Positions 1 to 12,619 of a DNA stretch of 64,000 bases are shown piece after piece. The position numbers and the translations under genes were made by a program. The DNA comes from Mustelus asterias (Eukaryota), in assembly GCF_964213995.1 (NCBI RefSeq), contig NC_135810.1, positions 24,304,001 to 24,368,000 on the forward strand, read 5' to 3'. Under the pieces are notes generated by a model. It was not told the DNA's origin. It ran no database searches and worked only from the letters and a program-made list of their open reading frames with translations. Every line of letters begins with the position of its first letter. Position 1 is the first letter of the stretch.

Positions 1-744
1 TAGGGAAGGAGACCACGGCCATTTTTTAAGCTGCTGTTAACTAGGTAAGTTATAGGTTCAGTGAGGTTTAAAACCCCCAGAGTGTCTAAGGTAAGTGAAT
101 AAGATTTGGGAATGTGGATTCCCCTAAGGGTTTGAAGGTTGGTGGGGGGGGATTGGTTCTGCTTCAAGGACTGTACAATAGTTAACAAGTTGTTATAAAT
201 GGCTTTAATCCTTCTAATTTTTTTTTGGGTAGCTGTTATTAGAACCTATTGGGAAGTGTCTACATTTTGCGATTCAACTTGCAATTTCAGATCATTTCTA
301 GTGCAGTGCACTTCTCCAGGGGAAGTTTGCACTTCTGGGCAATTGCCATGCAAACCTTACCTAGGAACCTCCAAAGGGGATTTCCCAGTGCATCCTTGGG
401 GTACCCCTGCTAACTGATGCTGGGAAGCTCAGAAGTTACAGATCATTGTGATGGTCATGTCAACAGCAAGCAGGCTTGCTGGAAATTGCTAGCTCCACTC
501 ATTAGCTGTAACTAGGTTATGAAATTTCAATGGTGTCTCAGATTAGAGATGCCCTGGTTTGGGATTTTACTGAGGTAGAAGCTATTTTTAAAGGGTAGAA
601 CTTCCATCTGGATCTAAAGATAAGGTTTTGTTGAAGCAGTTGTGGAGCCAAGGAATTGTATTTTCAGGAAGAGGCGATTGGCGCATTGGCGCAAAAAGAA
701 CAGCACAGGAAGATGGAATGGAAAGTTTCCAGTGGTACCCAGGT

Positions 745-1665
745 GCCAGTCCTTAGCCATTGACTCCCTCCCTCTTTCTGGCTTTCAGTTTAACACTGAA
801 CTAAACTGTACACAACCTTGGTATCCTTTTTGACCCCGAGATCCCATATTCCTCCCACGCATCTTGTCCATTAAGTAAACTACCTATTTTCACCTCTGTC
901 ACGTTGCATGTCGCGGCTCCTGCCTCAGCTCATCTGCTGATTAAGCCCTCATTAATGCCATTTTTATCACCAGACTTGATTATTCCAGTGCTCTCCTATA
1001 TGGTCTCCCATCTTTTACCTTCATAAGCTGAAGTTTGTCGAATGTGCTCTTCCCCCATATCTGAAATCCCACCAAGTCCTATTAATCCATGTGCTTGCTG
1101 ATCTACATCGGCTCACACTTTGACTTCAAAATTCTCAACCATTTTCAAATCACTTCAAAAATCCCCCCCTCTCTATGTCTGTTACCTCCGGTAATACTAC
1201 AACCCTCTGAGACCGGTATCCTTCCCCAAATCTGCCTTCTTGCACATCCTCACTTTTAATCGGTGGCTTTATTAGTGATCATGCTTTCAGCCACCAAGGC
1301 CCTAAGCTCTGAAATGCCTTCCCTTCGGGCCAGCCCCGAAGTCCAAAGATGTGCGGGTTAGGCAGATTGGCCATGCTAAATTGCCCCTTTAGTGTCAGTG
1401 GGACTAGCAAGGGTAAATGCATGGGTTTATGGGGATAGGGCCTGGGTGGGATTGTGGTCGCTATAGATTTGATGTGCTGAATGGCCTCCTGCTGCACTAT
1501 GATTCTAAATGTCTCAGGCTCTCTCTCCTCCTGAAATCTGCCCCTCATCTATCTTCCTATCTCCTTAGGTAGGTTGGTGTTAAGTTAAAATATTCTTATG
1601 AAGCACCTTGAAAAAGTTTACAATATTACGGGCACTATTTAAACGCAAATTGTTTTTGTTGCTGT
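745..1665 (+). mobile_element. Decayed L2-clade LINE 3' fragment, interrupted by a V-SINE half at ~1338-1510
   Basis: L2-like segments aaccttggtatcctttttgaccc and ccagacttgattattccagtgctctcct; L2-type tail gaagcaccttg...gcactatttaaacgcaaattgttt. Confidence 0.65.
1338..1510 (+). mobile_element. V-SINE (HE1-like) 3' half
   Basis: gtccaaagatgtgcgggttagg...ctaaattgcccc...gaatggcctcc...ctatgattct matches the full copies in the window. Confidence 0.85.
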
Positions 1666-2807
1666 TCTTAGGTGGTGATGGTAGATACAGTGAGTAGAGT
1701 GACATAGGCCTGAGGTGGTAAGGAACAAAATATTGGATATTTAAGCAGAATATCAAAATAATTTGGCACATTTTATTAATATTATCACACCACCTGCATC
1801 TTAAAGTAAAAAAAAGGGACGCAAAGCTTTTGCTTTTCTAAGCAGTTGCATTGTGTCAGGCAAGGTGTTAAAACACACGACCAAAATGACAGTCGACAGC
1901 ACCAGCTGAAACTAACCAATTAGCGGGTGAGAGGTTAATGGGGCCATTTCCAGAAATGTCAATGATGAATGAACATCTGGAGAAGGGAAGTGGGATCCTT
2001 GATGGAGGAAATACCATTGAAAGGTGGATGGGTTAATCAAAACATGAGAAGAGCAATTAGACAACAGCATCCACAACCTGCAAACCATGACACAGCAGCA
2101 ATATGGAGCGAGCAATAAAAATCATTGATAGTCTGAAGCACAACTATAGAGGAGAACAGTCACTGGAGCTCCAAAACTTGTCGACTGATGATGCAGTTGC
2201 AAAAAAGCTGGCATCATGATTTATTCCAGATGGGAATTCGACACAAATTACAAGCAAGGGGCACTCAGTAAGATGCATTCCTTTTGATTAGTGTTGCTGA
2301 TAATATGTATTTTCTATTGTGATACACATCCTCTAGATTGTTGGGGGATCCATTACGATGCTGTGGTTTCATCGTACGCCGGCTCTATTTGTTCTCAGAT
2401 CTACATGGAAGGTCTTTAAAGGTCATTCAGCAAAGGCACTCCTGTGCCATCGACATAACAGACATCATGAGCCAGCTAAGGCAGACGATGGAGCAGCAGG
2501 GACAGAATTAACTGTGGGCTGCCAACATAACCGTCAGGTATCTGGCTCATTAATTGCTCTCAGAATGCGAGTTGACGAGCCGTGTTCCTCACTGGTCAGA
2601 TGGTGACCAGGTAAACAAAAGCAACGTCTTGAGGCTCCACAAAAGAAGAAGATTTGTATTTTCTCATGAGCATTCAGGGAATGGACAATGGAGGGTCTGT
2701 CAGTATTTAAGCCTTTTAAAAACATAATATTGGTCAAGGACCGTGAAAAAAAACATGATCTTATCTTATCTGATGGCAGAGTTAATCTTTCATTGTTTAA
2801 GAACAGT

Positions 2808-3264
2808 AGCCGGAATTTTACCATCCCGCCCATCACAGGAATTGGGGGCGGATCGTGGAAAGGTCCATTGACCTCGGTTTAATCATAGAATCCCTAAAGT
2901 ACAGAAGGACACCCTTCAGCCCACCGAGTCTGTACTGACCACAATCTCACCCAGGCCCTATTCCCATAGACCCACACATTTACCCTGCCAATCCTCCTGA
3001 CACTAAGTGGCAATTTAGCATGGCTAATCAACCTAACCCACACATCTTTGGCGTGTGGGAGGAAACCGGAACACCCAGAGGAAACCCATGCAGACACGAG
3101 GAGAAAATGTAGACTCCACACAGATACTGACCCAAGGTTGGAATTGAACCGGAGTCCCTGGCGCTGTGAGGCAACACTGCTAACCACTGTGCCACCATGC
3201 TGGTCGTGCCACCTCGGGCAGGATTTTATGATTTTGGGATGAGAGGAGCCATAAAATCCCTCCC
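2808..3264. mobile_element. Short TIR MITE split by a V-SINE
   Basis: Ends agccggaattttacc / ataaaatccctccc; related uninterrupted copies at 3797-3909 and 19106-19229. Confidence 0.7.
2878..3210 (-). mobile_element. V-SINE (HE1-like) with CR1-type tail and 7-bp TSD ACCTCGG
   Basis: tRNA-like head, V-domain and gattctatga tail on the minus strand; ACCTCGG at 2871-2877 and 3211-3217. Confidence 0.9.
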
Positions 3265-3796
3265 CATTATATCTTATAAAAATTCACTGGTTGACGATAT
3301 GTATATTTGGAATCGGCTGTAAGAAAGATATTTCACTACCATTTACCTGCTGGCTCTGTGACATTATCCAATGAGTTATGAAATCTGATGGAGAGGAAGA
3401 TTCCACTTTAAATTGTGTAACAGCATCAGCTAACAGGGAAACCTGATAGTGAAAAAATAGAGGGGAAAATAAAATCAAAAAACATTGCCGACAAATGCGA
3501 GCAATTTTGCATGGTTAAAGAAACACAGGACAGAAATTATTCCATAGTTGCTTTCATAACAGTGGCATAACTTCACTGAAAGTACAGCGGAAACCAATGT
3601 TTGTTCATGTAAAGGGTTTCTGCACACTCCCTGCAAAGCTTGGGATAGCAGAGCAGGAACAATTCCCCGGAAATTCCTCAACACAGCATTGTCACGCAAT
3701 GCAATAACAAAATTCTTTTATGTAGTACCTCTAACACAGGAAGGCATCCTAATGACAAGACCATGCGAATTCAAGGGTGAGAATATGAAACTCAAG

Positions 3797-3909
3797 GAGC
3801 GGAATTTTCCCATCCTGCCTGCCACGGGAATCGCAAACCATGCAAATGTCCATTGACCTCAGGCAGGACTTTCTGGTCTTGGGGTGAGCGCAGCCGGAAG
3901 ATCCCGCCC
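3797..3909. mobile_element. Short MITE (Harbinger-like TIRs)
   Basis: gagcggaattttccc ... ggaagatcccgccc; internal gtccattgacctc shared with 2808 and 19106 copies. Confidence 0.65.
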
Positions 3910-4458
3910 ACGCACTGCCAGACCATGGGCCAATGTAGGTCATAAGCAAAGACATGATAGTGAATGTGACTTGGAGAAAGTGATGATTCAGGCATCAGAG
4001 TCTTGGTTGAATTGATTTTTTATGGATGGTGGAATATCACATCATGTGATCCAAAAGGATGTGGACATTTTCAGGGTATTTTGATGCATAAATTTGCACA
4101 TTATAACATAAAAGCAAAACCACAGATAGTGGAAATCAAAAATAAAAACAGAAAATGCTGGAAATACCCAACAGGCCTGGCAGCACACATGGAGAGAGAA
4201 ACAGTGTTAACAGCCTAAAGTTTTAATCGGGGATTTTGAAAGCTAGGGAGTAGATTCACTGTTCAATCAGGGATGGAAACCAAGTTCCCAATGCTGGAGA
4301 ACCCAGCTGATGGAAGGTCCTCCATCACTCAGTCATTGGCAGTTCCATTGGCCAAGGTAGTGGGGGGAGGGAGGCACTGACGACATTAAGATGAAGACAG
4401 CGAGGAACAAGAACAGGTAAATTACTTTTTTTAAGTGCCATAGCTGCCTAGTCATGAA

Positions 4459-4570
4459 CCCAGTAAGAGTTTTAACAACACCAGGTTAAAGTCCAACAGG
4501 TTTATGTGGTAGCAAATACCATTAGCTTTCAGAGCGCTGCTCCTTCGTCAGATGGAGTGGAAATCTGCTC
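4459..4570 (-). mobile_element. Short Penelope pLTR-type repeat with hammerhead, 7-bp TSD TCATGAA
   Basis: Same family as 12425-12619 and 26190-26380 (aaacctgttggactttaacctggtgttg); TCATGAA at 4452-4458 and 4571-4577. Confidence 0.75.
4519..4555 (-). ncRNA. Minimal type I hammerhead ribozyme motif
   Basis: Minus strand reads CCAU-CUGACGA-A-GGAGC-AGC-GCUCU-GAAA-GC-UA-AUGG, giving stem I CCAU/AUGG, stem II and a palindromic AGCU stem III. Confidence 0.75.
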
Positions 4571-5309
4571 TCATGAATGGTCTGCATGGTCATAAACCGA
4601 CAGAGACAACCCCTCCAAAGGATTACTATTGGCTATAGCTGTGGCATGGCAGCTAGAATGGCTTGATCCATCATGCCCTCCACTTCCCTTCCTAACGTGT
4701 GCCATCTGCATTACCGACTGGAAATCCCAATTAGCAGGGGACCAGGGTCGTAATGGAGCCCTTAATTAAAAATTGCTGACCGGAACGGGCTATTTGCTGC
4801 TTGCCAGCAGGTACCCAATCTGACCCCAAAGTGGCCTTTTCCAAATTGCTTGGAGTTGGGATCACGGCAGATGGGCAATGCCAAATTGCGCACTTGCCCA
4901 CCTCCGACCTGGATGCCAACCTGTTGTAAAAATCCATTTCAGGTCTCTAAACATTCACCAGAACCAGAGACGTTTAGAAATTAGATAGGTTCTGAGCAGG
5001 TAAGAGGGAAAGTGTAAGAAAAGGGCGATGGGATGGAAAGTAGGAGATTCAAAGATAAAAGGCTTCATGGTGCTAGGCCAGAGGGAATGGTAATAGGGCA
5101 TGTTAAAAAAAAGAATATGCCTCAAGGAGGTATGAATGGCAGAATCCTGAATAGCTGCTATCCAAAAGTAAGGAATGAAGGAAACAAGAGAGAAACAAAA
5201 GAATGTTTGGCAAATCAGCAAAGATAATCAAACAAACTGGGGGAAGGAGTTATGGTCTAAAATTGTTGAGGTCAATGTTGAACCACGATCTGTAAAGTGA
5301 GTTTATAGA

Positions 5310-5730
5310 GTCATGGAGTCATAGGCTACTACAGCATGGAAACAGGCCCTCCAGCCTAACCAGTTCATGCCGACCATGATGCCCACCCTCCCAGCTCATC
5401 CCAATTGTCCACATTTGGCCCATGTGTCTCTAATTTCCCATCCATGTATTTATCCAAATGCTTTTAAAATATTTCTATTGTACCTGCCTCAACCACTTTC
5501 TCTGGCAGATCATTCCATAAATGCACCACCCTCTGTGTGAAGAAGTTGCCCTTCAGGTCCCTTTCAAATCTTTCCCCTCTCACCTTAAACCTATACCCCC
5601 TCGTTTTTAATTCCCCTTTCCCGAGAAAAAGACTACGTACGTTCATCCTATCTATGCCCCTCATGATTTTATACACCACAAGAAGGTCGCCCCTCATTCT
5701 CCTACGTTCCAAGGAATAAAGTCCAAGCCT
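5310..5730 (-). mobile_element. CR1 LINE 3' fragment
   Basis: ORF 5464-5712 RRRMRGDL..VYKIMRG..FFTQRVV..WN is the CR1 ORF2 C-terminus; ctatgactc-type tail. Confidence 0.9.
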
Positions 5731-6820
5731 GGTTGTTGTAAAACAATGTGCTACTCCTCAACCTTGTACTGAACTTTATCGGGACACCACAGGAGGGCAA
5801 GGACAGAAAGGGTCAGAGTGGAAATAAGGTGGAGAATTAAAACAACAGGCAATTGGAAGTTCAGGGTCATACTTGCAGACTGGACAGAGTTGTTCTGTAA
5901 AGTATCATCCAGATTTTCCAGGGCCCAACCCATGGTGGTTTGCTTTCAGCAGGACCGGAAGATCTTGCCGGTGGGAAGGGCTGGAAAATCCAGCTCTCTG
6001 TGTTTGATATGCCCACTGTAGAAGAGACTGCATGGTGATCGGCGAATACAGCGTATAAATTGAAAGAAGTAAATTGCAGCTTCACCTAGAAGGTGTGTTG
6101 AAGCCTTGGACATTGGGAAGGGAGGGAGTAAAAATGGTGGTCGTACATCTTCTTTGTTAATGTGAGAAGTTGCTGTAGCAAGGGAGAGGGATGTTGGGGA
6201 TAATTGAGAAATGGGCCAGGGTGTCATGGAAGGAAATTAGACAGGGGAGGGTGGGGAATGTGGGCATGATAATGCACACATTGCAGTACCTGTATCAATG
6301 AAGAATTATGCGGCTATGGAAGCAATATGGCCACTTGCATTCACACAAGCCTGAAACCAACAAGGGACTACATATTCGTTAACTCATGTGACAGCTTGTG
6401 TTTTTCTATACAATTCCCTTTCCACATAACTAAATTTGTTTTGTCAAATTTTGTCAAAACCAATAGTACTGAGCATGGACAATGATAAAAATGTAAGAGA
6501 CAAGCTTATTCAAGAACTGATGGCAAACTTGGCTTTTCAAAACCAGAAAATCAAGTTAGCGGGAGGAAAGTGCTTTGGCTTCCATAACAGTTAAGTTATC
6601 CTCCCTGTTGGATTTTTTCTTTCTGCATCTGCCCAGGTGATGCTTAATGCTCAGGCAAAAAATAAAAACATATCTATACTTACTAATTCATGAGTTTGCT
6701 GGGCATACAATGAAAAGAAAGACTTAATGAATTCTAATACAATCTTAATATACACGATAAACAAATTCATTTCTTATCCCATAAGGGTTCTTGTATTGCA
6801 GATGGCAGTAGAACCTGTAG

Positions 6821-7505
6821 GGGGCGATTTTCCCATCCCGCTGCACCAATGCTTTTAGCGCTGCAGGCCAGGAGAATCACGTGTCAGCCGATTTGTAGGA
6901 TTTGCTTTCCCGCAGCGTGCGCATCTCCCAGCGCCAGATATCCAGCACCGTCGGCACCACACTAGAAACCGACAGGAACACCAGCCAAGTCATTTTAATA
7001 CGTTTTACATATCTTTTTAATGTAACGAGCAGGCCTGGGACTGAATTCTCTGGGCCCGCTAGCATCTCCCACCCTGATGGGAGTATTTCACCCCAGCGGG
7101 GTTCAGACTAGTTACTGCTGGGGGGGGTTTGGGGGGCTGGAGATCGGCGAGCTCAAGGAGCGGGGGAGGTCGGGCTGGCCCACAAATGCATGGGGAGGCT
7201 GCAATTAGACTGTGGGGGGGGAGCCTGGGAGGGGTAGCACTGCGGAGGTCCCGGGCTGGCCAGCGATCAAACTGGCCAGCAAATGGGAGGCTGACAGTTT
7301 GTGCATGCACAGAGGCCCACTGGTTTCAGCCTCCCGGGCAGGACTAGGCCCCGTCCCTGATATTTAATGATATTTTCGATTGTGGCCTCCGCACTGCACA
7401 GAGTACGGGAGATTACAGTGTGAACTCCCACTGTAAAAACAGCGTGATTTACATCAGTTTTCCCGCAAATTCCGCATTTAGAATTTTTTAGGTACAATAG
7501 CCTCC
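6821..7505. mobile_element. Non-autonomous Harbinger-like TIR element
   Basis: ggggcgattttccc ... ggtacaatagcctcc; right half is homologous to 55920-56272. Confidence 0.6.
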
Positions 7506-8158
7506 TATGTTCCTGTCAATCAGATGCACCACTGGCAACAGAGTTCGCAAACAAAGACCCCATTGTCTGTGAAGCCCAATAGGCCAATATCTTCTGGGGA
7601 GTGACAATTTAAATGGACGCTGTGGTGTTTTAGCTGACTATCTTTGGCTGCCAATGAGTTCTTGGACAGATCATTTGCTAAGGAGATTAAATATATGTGG
7701 AATAGTCCATGAAGGGGCTGGTTTTCAGTTAGTTCTTTTTTATTGTTTTATTAACTTTATTCCCATTGCTGTGATATGATGTGCATGCACCTTTAAGGAT
7801 GTACATTTTAAACAACTGTCAACCACTATTACCTCAAAAGGATATGATATATTCATCTCATGATTTTAGTCAATCCGTAAACAGCAGTGATCGAGGAATA
7901 ACATTTGTATATAATAGTCTCTCAGTTAACTTTTTCTGTACATAGTCTTATCTTGAAATAAAGAACCCACATTATTGTTTCATCAGTCCTTGTGTAAGAC
8001 TGGTATATTTATGATGAAGAAAAGAACGCAACATGGTGGCAGGGTGGCAGCATGGTTTTGTGAAGATTTGACAGAGCAGAGTAGAAGCCTCAACACCTTC
8101 ACATCAGGAAGAAGCAAAGAAAACTGGAGTGAAAGTAAAACAGCTATCAAAACTCACT

Positions 8159-8364
8159 GGGGAGAATTCTCTGGCCACCCCGCAGTGTAGTTCTCATGGT
8201 GGGAGGTGGTGTGTCATTTGCCAGTGGCAGGATCTTCTGGTCCCATCACTGCCAATGGGATCTTCCATTGACTGTACACCATGCCACTGTGAAACGTGTG
8301 GCAGAGGTATGCCATCAACAGGCCCAGAAGACCCCACTGTTGTGAACAGCCAGAGAATTTTGAC
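8159..8364. mobile_element. Palindromic MITE nested in the LTR element
   Basis: TIRs gagaattctctggc / gccagagaattt; internal ggatcttctggtccc / ggcccagaagaccc; relative at 59483-59686. Confidence 0.6.
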
Positions 8365-10104
8365 AACTGTGTGTAAGGATTCTTCAGTTTTGTACGGATT
8401 CTATATGTCACTGATGTATCCTGGGATCGCAATTTATTCCAGCCAGCGGGCATTGGGTCCCAGTGAGATTGTCCAAGTCTGGGAGGGTTCAATTAGTATA
8501 AATATGCAGGGTTTAAGTGGGAAGAGAAATTAAACATCAGACTGCAAGAGATCTCACTTGAAGTAGAACTCCACAGACAGGATAATTCATTACCTATGAA
8601 GCTAAATACCACAGGCTGGATTGGGAAGGAGACTCTATCCAGTGACAATTCCTAACAATTAGAAGAATCTGTAAAAAAATGTTTTTCACTAATTGCTTTC
8701 ATTTTGAAACCTATGGACATTTTCCCAACTAACTCACTGCTTCATGGATGCAGCTGAGAGTTAAATTGGCAAAATCTGAAAGAGCTAAAAAGCACCATAA
8801 TTTTAGTCAAGCAGTAACCTATAACCAGCTAAGACAATGGTTACTAAAGGCTCGGCAACTCAGAGCTAAATTAACACTAAAATAGTTGGAGGAAAGTGCA
8901 TTGCTGTCAAAAACTTCAGATAGAATACAAAATCTTGCAAAATAGTCACAAAATTTGCAACACACAGTTGAAAGACAACAGATCTCCAATGTGAATTCAC
9001 TTTGTTCTGGCACCACATCGAACTGTTTTTTCTGGACTCATTCTGGCAGATAAACAAGTTATTGCAATTAAAATTGCTATTAGTAATGACAGCATCCACA
9101 GACTGACCACATTGGTCCATCAAATGAGCACCTGAAAAATCCCAAAAAAATAAAGTTGACACTCGATCGCTTGCCAAGCTTAAAATCCTACCCATGAATT
9201 CCAGGTGGTATATTTTCAAATTGATCTTCACTTGTAATTTATCTTCGAGTGTTAACTGCTTGACTAAAATTATGGTGTTCTGAGCTCTTTCTGCCGACTC
9301 TCAAAATCCCACCACGATTTGACATTCATTGAGATCTGATTGGCATTGGGCTATGTCAACCCTTGAGAGGAAGTCCCACCTGTAAGATCTGTCAGCAATC
9401 TGATTGGTTGACAGTTCACCAATCCAGCCATGCACAGTGCTACAGTGACCATAAGTGGTACTGCATTGTTCTGCCCGAATCTTCATTGGTGAGCATTGGG
9501 GGATGGGCCATGAGAGGGTGAAAGGGCTGGAGGTCCATGGTCCGAGAGGGGATGACTCTGAAGGGGCCTTCAGATTAAACTTCCCCCTCCCTTCCTGCCC
9601 AAAAATGTTTTGTTGTCAGTTTCCCATCTTACCCACACCTGCTCCCGCCAGCCTAAAAATTAAGGCTGTGTGGGAAAAGGACTTTAAGTGTCCACTTAAG
9701 AGTCTTAATAAGACTTAATAAGAAAGGGTGGGAATCCCACTTGAGGCTCTGCTCACTTAAGCGTGAAATTGTGTCTGGCTTTGGGCAGGCAGGTTCCCAG
9801 GGGGAATTCCATCCATTCAATTTTATGCTCCTCTCCACCTCAGAATGCACCTTCAGCGGAGAGAATAATTCTGCCCCGTGTCTTTTAGGCAACAATTGAC
9901 ACAGAACAGTGATCAGTTCATAAATTGATACCGACACAAATGGTGTAATTGCAACTTCACAGCAACCGAGCGAGCCAACATGATAATCAAGCTTGTTCTT
10001 GCTTCTATCCCAATAGAAGTGTTCTAGAACTGGACTGTTACACTGTGGAAACACTACGACAAAGTGGACACAAGTACAAGGAGCCATACCAACAGGTAGA
10101 AAAA

Positions 10105-11075
10105 GGACCCAATTTTACCATTTTGATTCTAAGTTCTGGGCGGACTTGAATCTGGGAGTGTTTCAGATCCGACTTTTAGACCCGTTCTCCGGCGCTCCCA
10201 TACGCACCCTGCCTGAAAAAAAATCAGGAATTCTGAATTGTGCTGCAGAAGCCTGTGGGAGGGGCTTATCACACCTGAAACATTGTAGCTTTGATTGGAG
10301 TCTTCAACTGCACATGCGCAGTAAAAAAAAAAGAAAAACCTCCCCTGCTACATCGACCCCAGGCCGGATAATGCTTCCCCCTGGACCCCACAGATATTGT
10401 CCTACCCCCACAACATTACTGTCCCTCTTATCCCCCATTCCCCCGCTACCCCTTGCTCTCTTCCCCCCACCGACCGCACACAGAGTGGCAGTGGACCCCC
10501 CTGCCCATCCCCCTGGCCTCCCCACCAGAGAGCGATCTGATCTGCCTCCCTCCCCGCCACCAGAGAGCGATCTGATCCACCTCCTTCCCCCCACCAGAGA
10601 GCCATCTGACCCACCTCCCTCCCCCCACCAGAGAGCCATCTCACCTGCCTCCCTCCCCCCCCCCCCCACCAGAGAGCCATCTGGTCCACCTCCCTCCCCT
10701 CCCCCACCACTGATCTGAGTCAGAGAGCTACCAGAAGCTCTGAATATGCCTCCTCAGAAGCTGGAGTGCCCGAATCGGACCTTTGCGCGCCATATCTGTT
10801 TTGTGCCAAATCTGGACGGACGAACGCAGTGGTAAAAGGGGAAGTGCCAGTAAGTTTGGGCGTCCAGCCCATTAATTCAATTTAAATGCATTCAAATACA
10901 TTTAAATTGCCATCGCGCCCATTTCGGACACGCTCGCGATCGCCGCCATTTTCAGCCATTGGTAAAGGGGGAATGGCCGTGGAGGCAGTCACGGATCACG
11001 CTACTTGCCTCATGCCCGACTTTACCAAGTTTTCGCGCCCGAAAACGGGCACACCTTGATGATAAAATCGGGCCC
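10105..11075. mobile_element. Non-autonomous PIF/Harbinger-like element (family H1), TSD AAA, GC-rich minisatellite core
   Basis: TIRs ggacccaattttacca / tgataaaatcgggccc; AAA on both sides; internal ccaccagagagcgatctg repeats; arms homologous to the 35996 and 42292 copies. Confidence 0.8.
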
Positions 11076-12424
11076 AAAGTCTACAAGCTGTGCATAATTA
11101 ATCCACCATTGGCACAATAACAGATTCAGACAAGCATTGTAGGCAATGTGGATAATGCAGCCTCATATACGCACCCAGAAGCTGCCCAGCTTTTAACACT
11201 GTACACCAAGCGTGTGGCACCAGAGGATATTGGAAGTGGCAATGCAGAAAGCAAAGGCCAAAACAAGAGGTTCAACATCAAGAGAAACCCCAACCAGAGT
11301 CTAGACAGGTGCAGTGTTCCAAACATCCACGGCTCATACCAAACAGCATTAAACAGAATCCATGAAATATATAGCCAATTCATATGGCCAGATGGTGAGA
11401 ATGATATTCAGCATGATGAACATCAAAAATATATGGCACAGTGGTACCAACAGAAGCCTTTGTCACTGTCCAGGTTATTTGCCCATTGATGAAGGATCAG
11501 CATAACAGCATAACAAAACTGGATACTGGCGCACGTGCAAACATTTCTCTTCACATACTATATTTTCATGAAGATAGTCAATTAATGCTTTTTAATCAAT
11601 TGGCTGGAAACATAAATTTATCTTTTTAAAACAAACTTTTTAAAACACAAACTAAAGTGACTTGAACTCACAGCCAAGATGGTTATCTAATTGTCATCAC
11701 ATTCCAATGTTATTGAGATTGAGACAGCACGGGGGGGGGGATTCTCCCAACCTGCTGCACATCTCTAACTGCACAGTGGGCCAGGAGACTCAAGCAGAGG
11801 CTATGTAGCGAGCTTCCCATTGGGCACACGTGATCTAAAACACAGCATAGATAAAACAACCCTAGCCAGCATTCTGAAAACGTACAGCAGCCTCCAGCAA
11901 AGATCACTAGAACTAAAGCTAGATGGATAAGCAAATCCCCGATATGTTTCAGAGACTTGTAAATTTATTGCTCTTTTTTAAAGTACATTCAGATACAATG
12001 GGCAGGATTTTCTCGTTTTTGCACAGAGTGCTGGCGGAGGCGAGAAAACCAGTGTGCAGCTTAACGGCTGAACAGTTGGCTTTTCTCACCAGATAATCCA
12101 GCACTAGGTGTAAATAAACTGCAGGGCTGGCCCATGCCATCACGCTGGAGCTGGAAAAAGCTGGCAAAGCTCGGAATCCCAAGACCTCCACACCCACCCA
12201 CATGCACAAAGAACAAACAAAGAACAAAGAACAATACAACAAAGGACAAACCCCCCCATGGACTCCTTCCGCATGGTCACAGGGAAGCCCCCTCCCATAG
12301 CCCACAGACATGTCTTCCCCAAAATAGCTCTTCAAAAGGACCCCCAGAACTGTACGCTGGCACTGACCCTGGCATCTTGTGATTGCTCTCTGGCATGCCC
12401 CCTGGCATTTCCCCCTGGGTAGTC

Positions 12425-12619
12425 ATGATGTGGAAATGCCGGCGTTGGACTGGGATAAACACAGTAAGGAGTCTAACAACAGAAAGTTAAAGTCCAACAG
12501 GTTTATTTGGTAGGGTTTCCACTCCATCTGACGAAGGAGCAGCGCTCCGAAAGCTAGTGGCGTTTGCTACCAAATAAACCTGTTGGACTTTAACCTGGTG
12601 TTGTTAGACTCCTTACTGT
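12425..12619. mobile_element. Inverted (fold-back) Penelope pLTR-type repeat containing a hammerhead
   Basis: 53-bp inverted arms 12461-12513 / 12567-12619; flanking 13-bp direct repeat atttccccctggg (12407-12419, 12620-12632); lies inside a MITE-like segment starting gggcaggattttct at 12001. Confidence 0.75.
12524..12560 (+). ncRNA. Minimal type I hammerhead ribozyme motif
   Basis: CCAU-CUGACGA-A-GGAGC-AGC-GCUCC-GAAA-GC-UA-GUGG; predicted cleavage after A12556. Confidence 0.8.

Larger units (their letters stand above)
4110..6280 (-). mobile_element. Decayed Penelope-like element 3' part (GIY-YIG remnant plus pLTR) with nested insertions
   Basis: Minus-strand IRCIRRSPCSLFYSG resembles VYCIRCSQCGLLYIG at 54204; 4110-4220 matches the pLTR at 49670-49765; nested MITE-like DNA ~4228-4940 and 5909-5993, and CR1 5310-5730. 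Confidence 0.65.

Noticed and set aside
1954-2537. Plus-strand two-exon gene (GT-AG intron ~2268-2337) with an IVGG start resembling a serine protease
   Set aside because: No protease motifs follow, the upstream part has stops in all frames, and the protein is not recognisable.
4935-4965. Functional hammerhead in the minus-strand Penelope remnant
   Set aside because: The core is mutated (CTGGTGA), stem II is lost, and the 3' part is separated by an insertion.
10146-10718. 190-aa Pro-rich ORF, and similar ORFs at 42256-43152 and 55604-56069
   Set aside because: These are by-products of GC-rich minisatellite cores, open in several frames on both strands.
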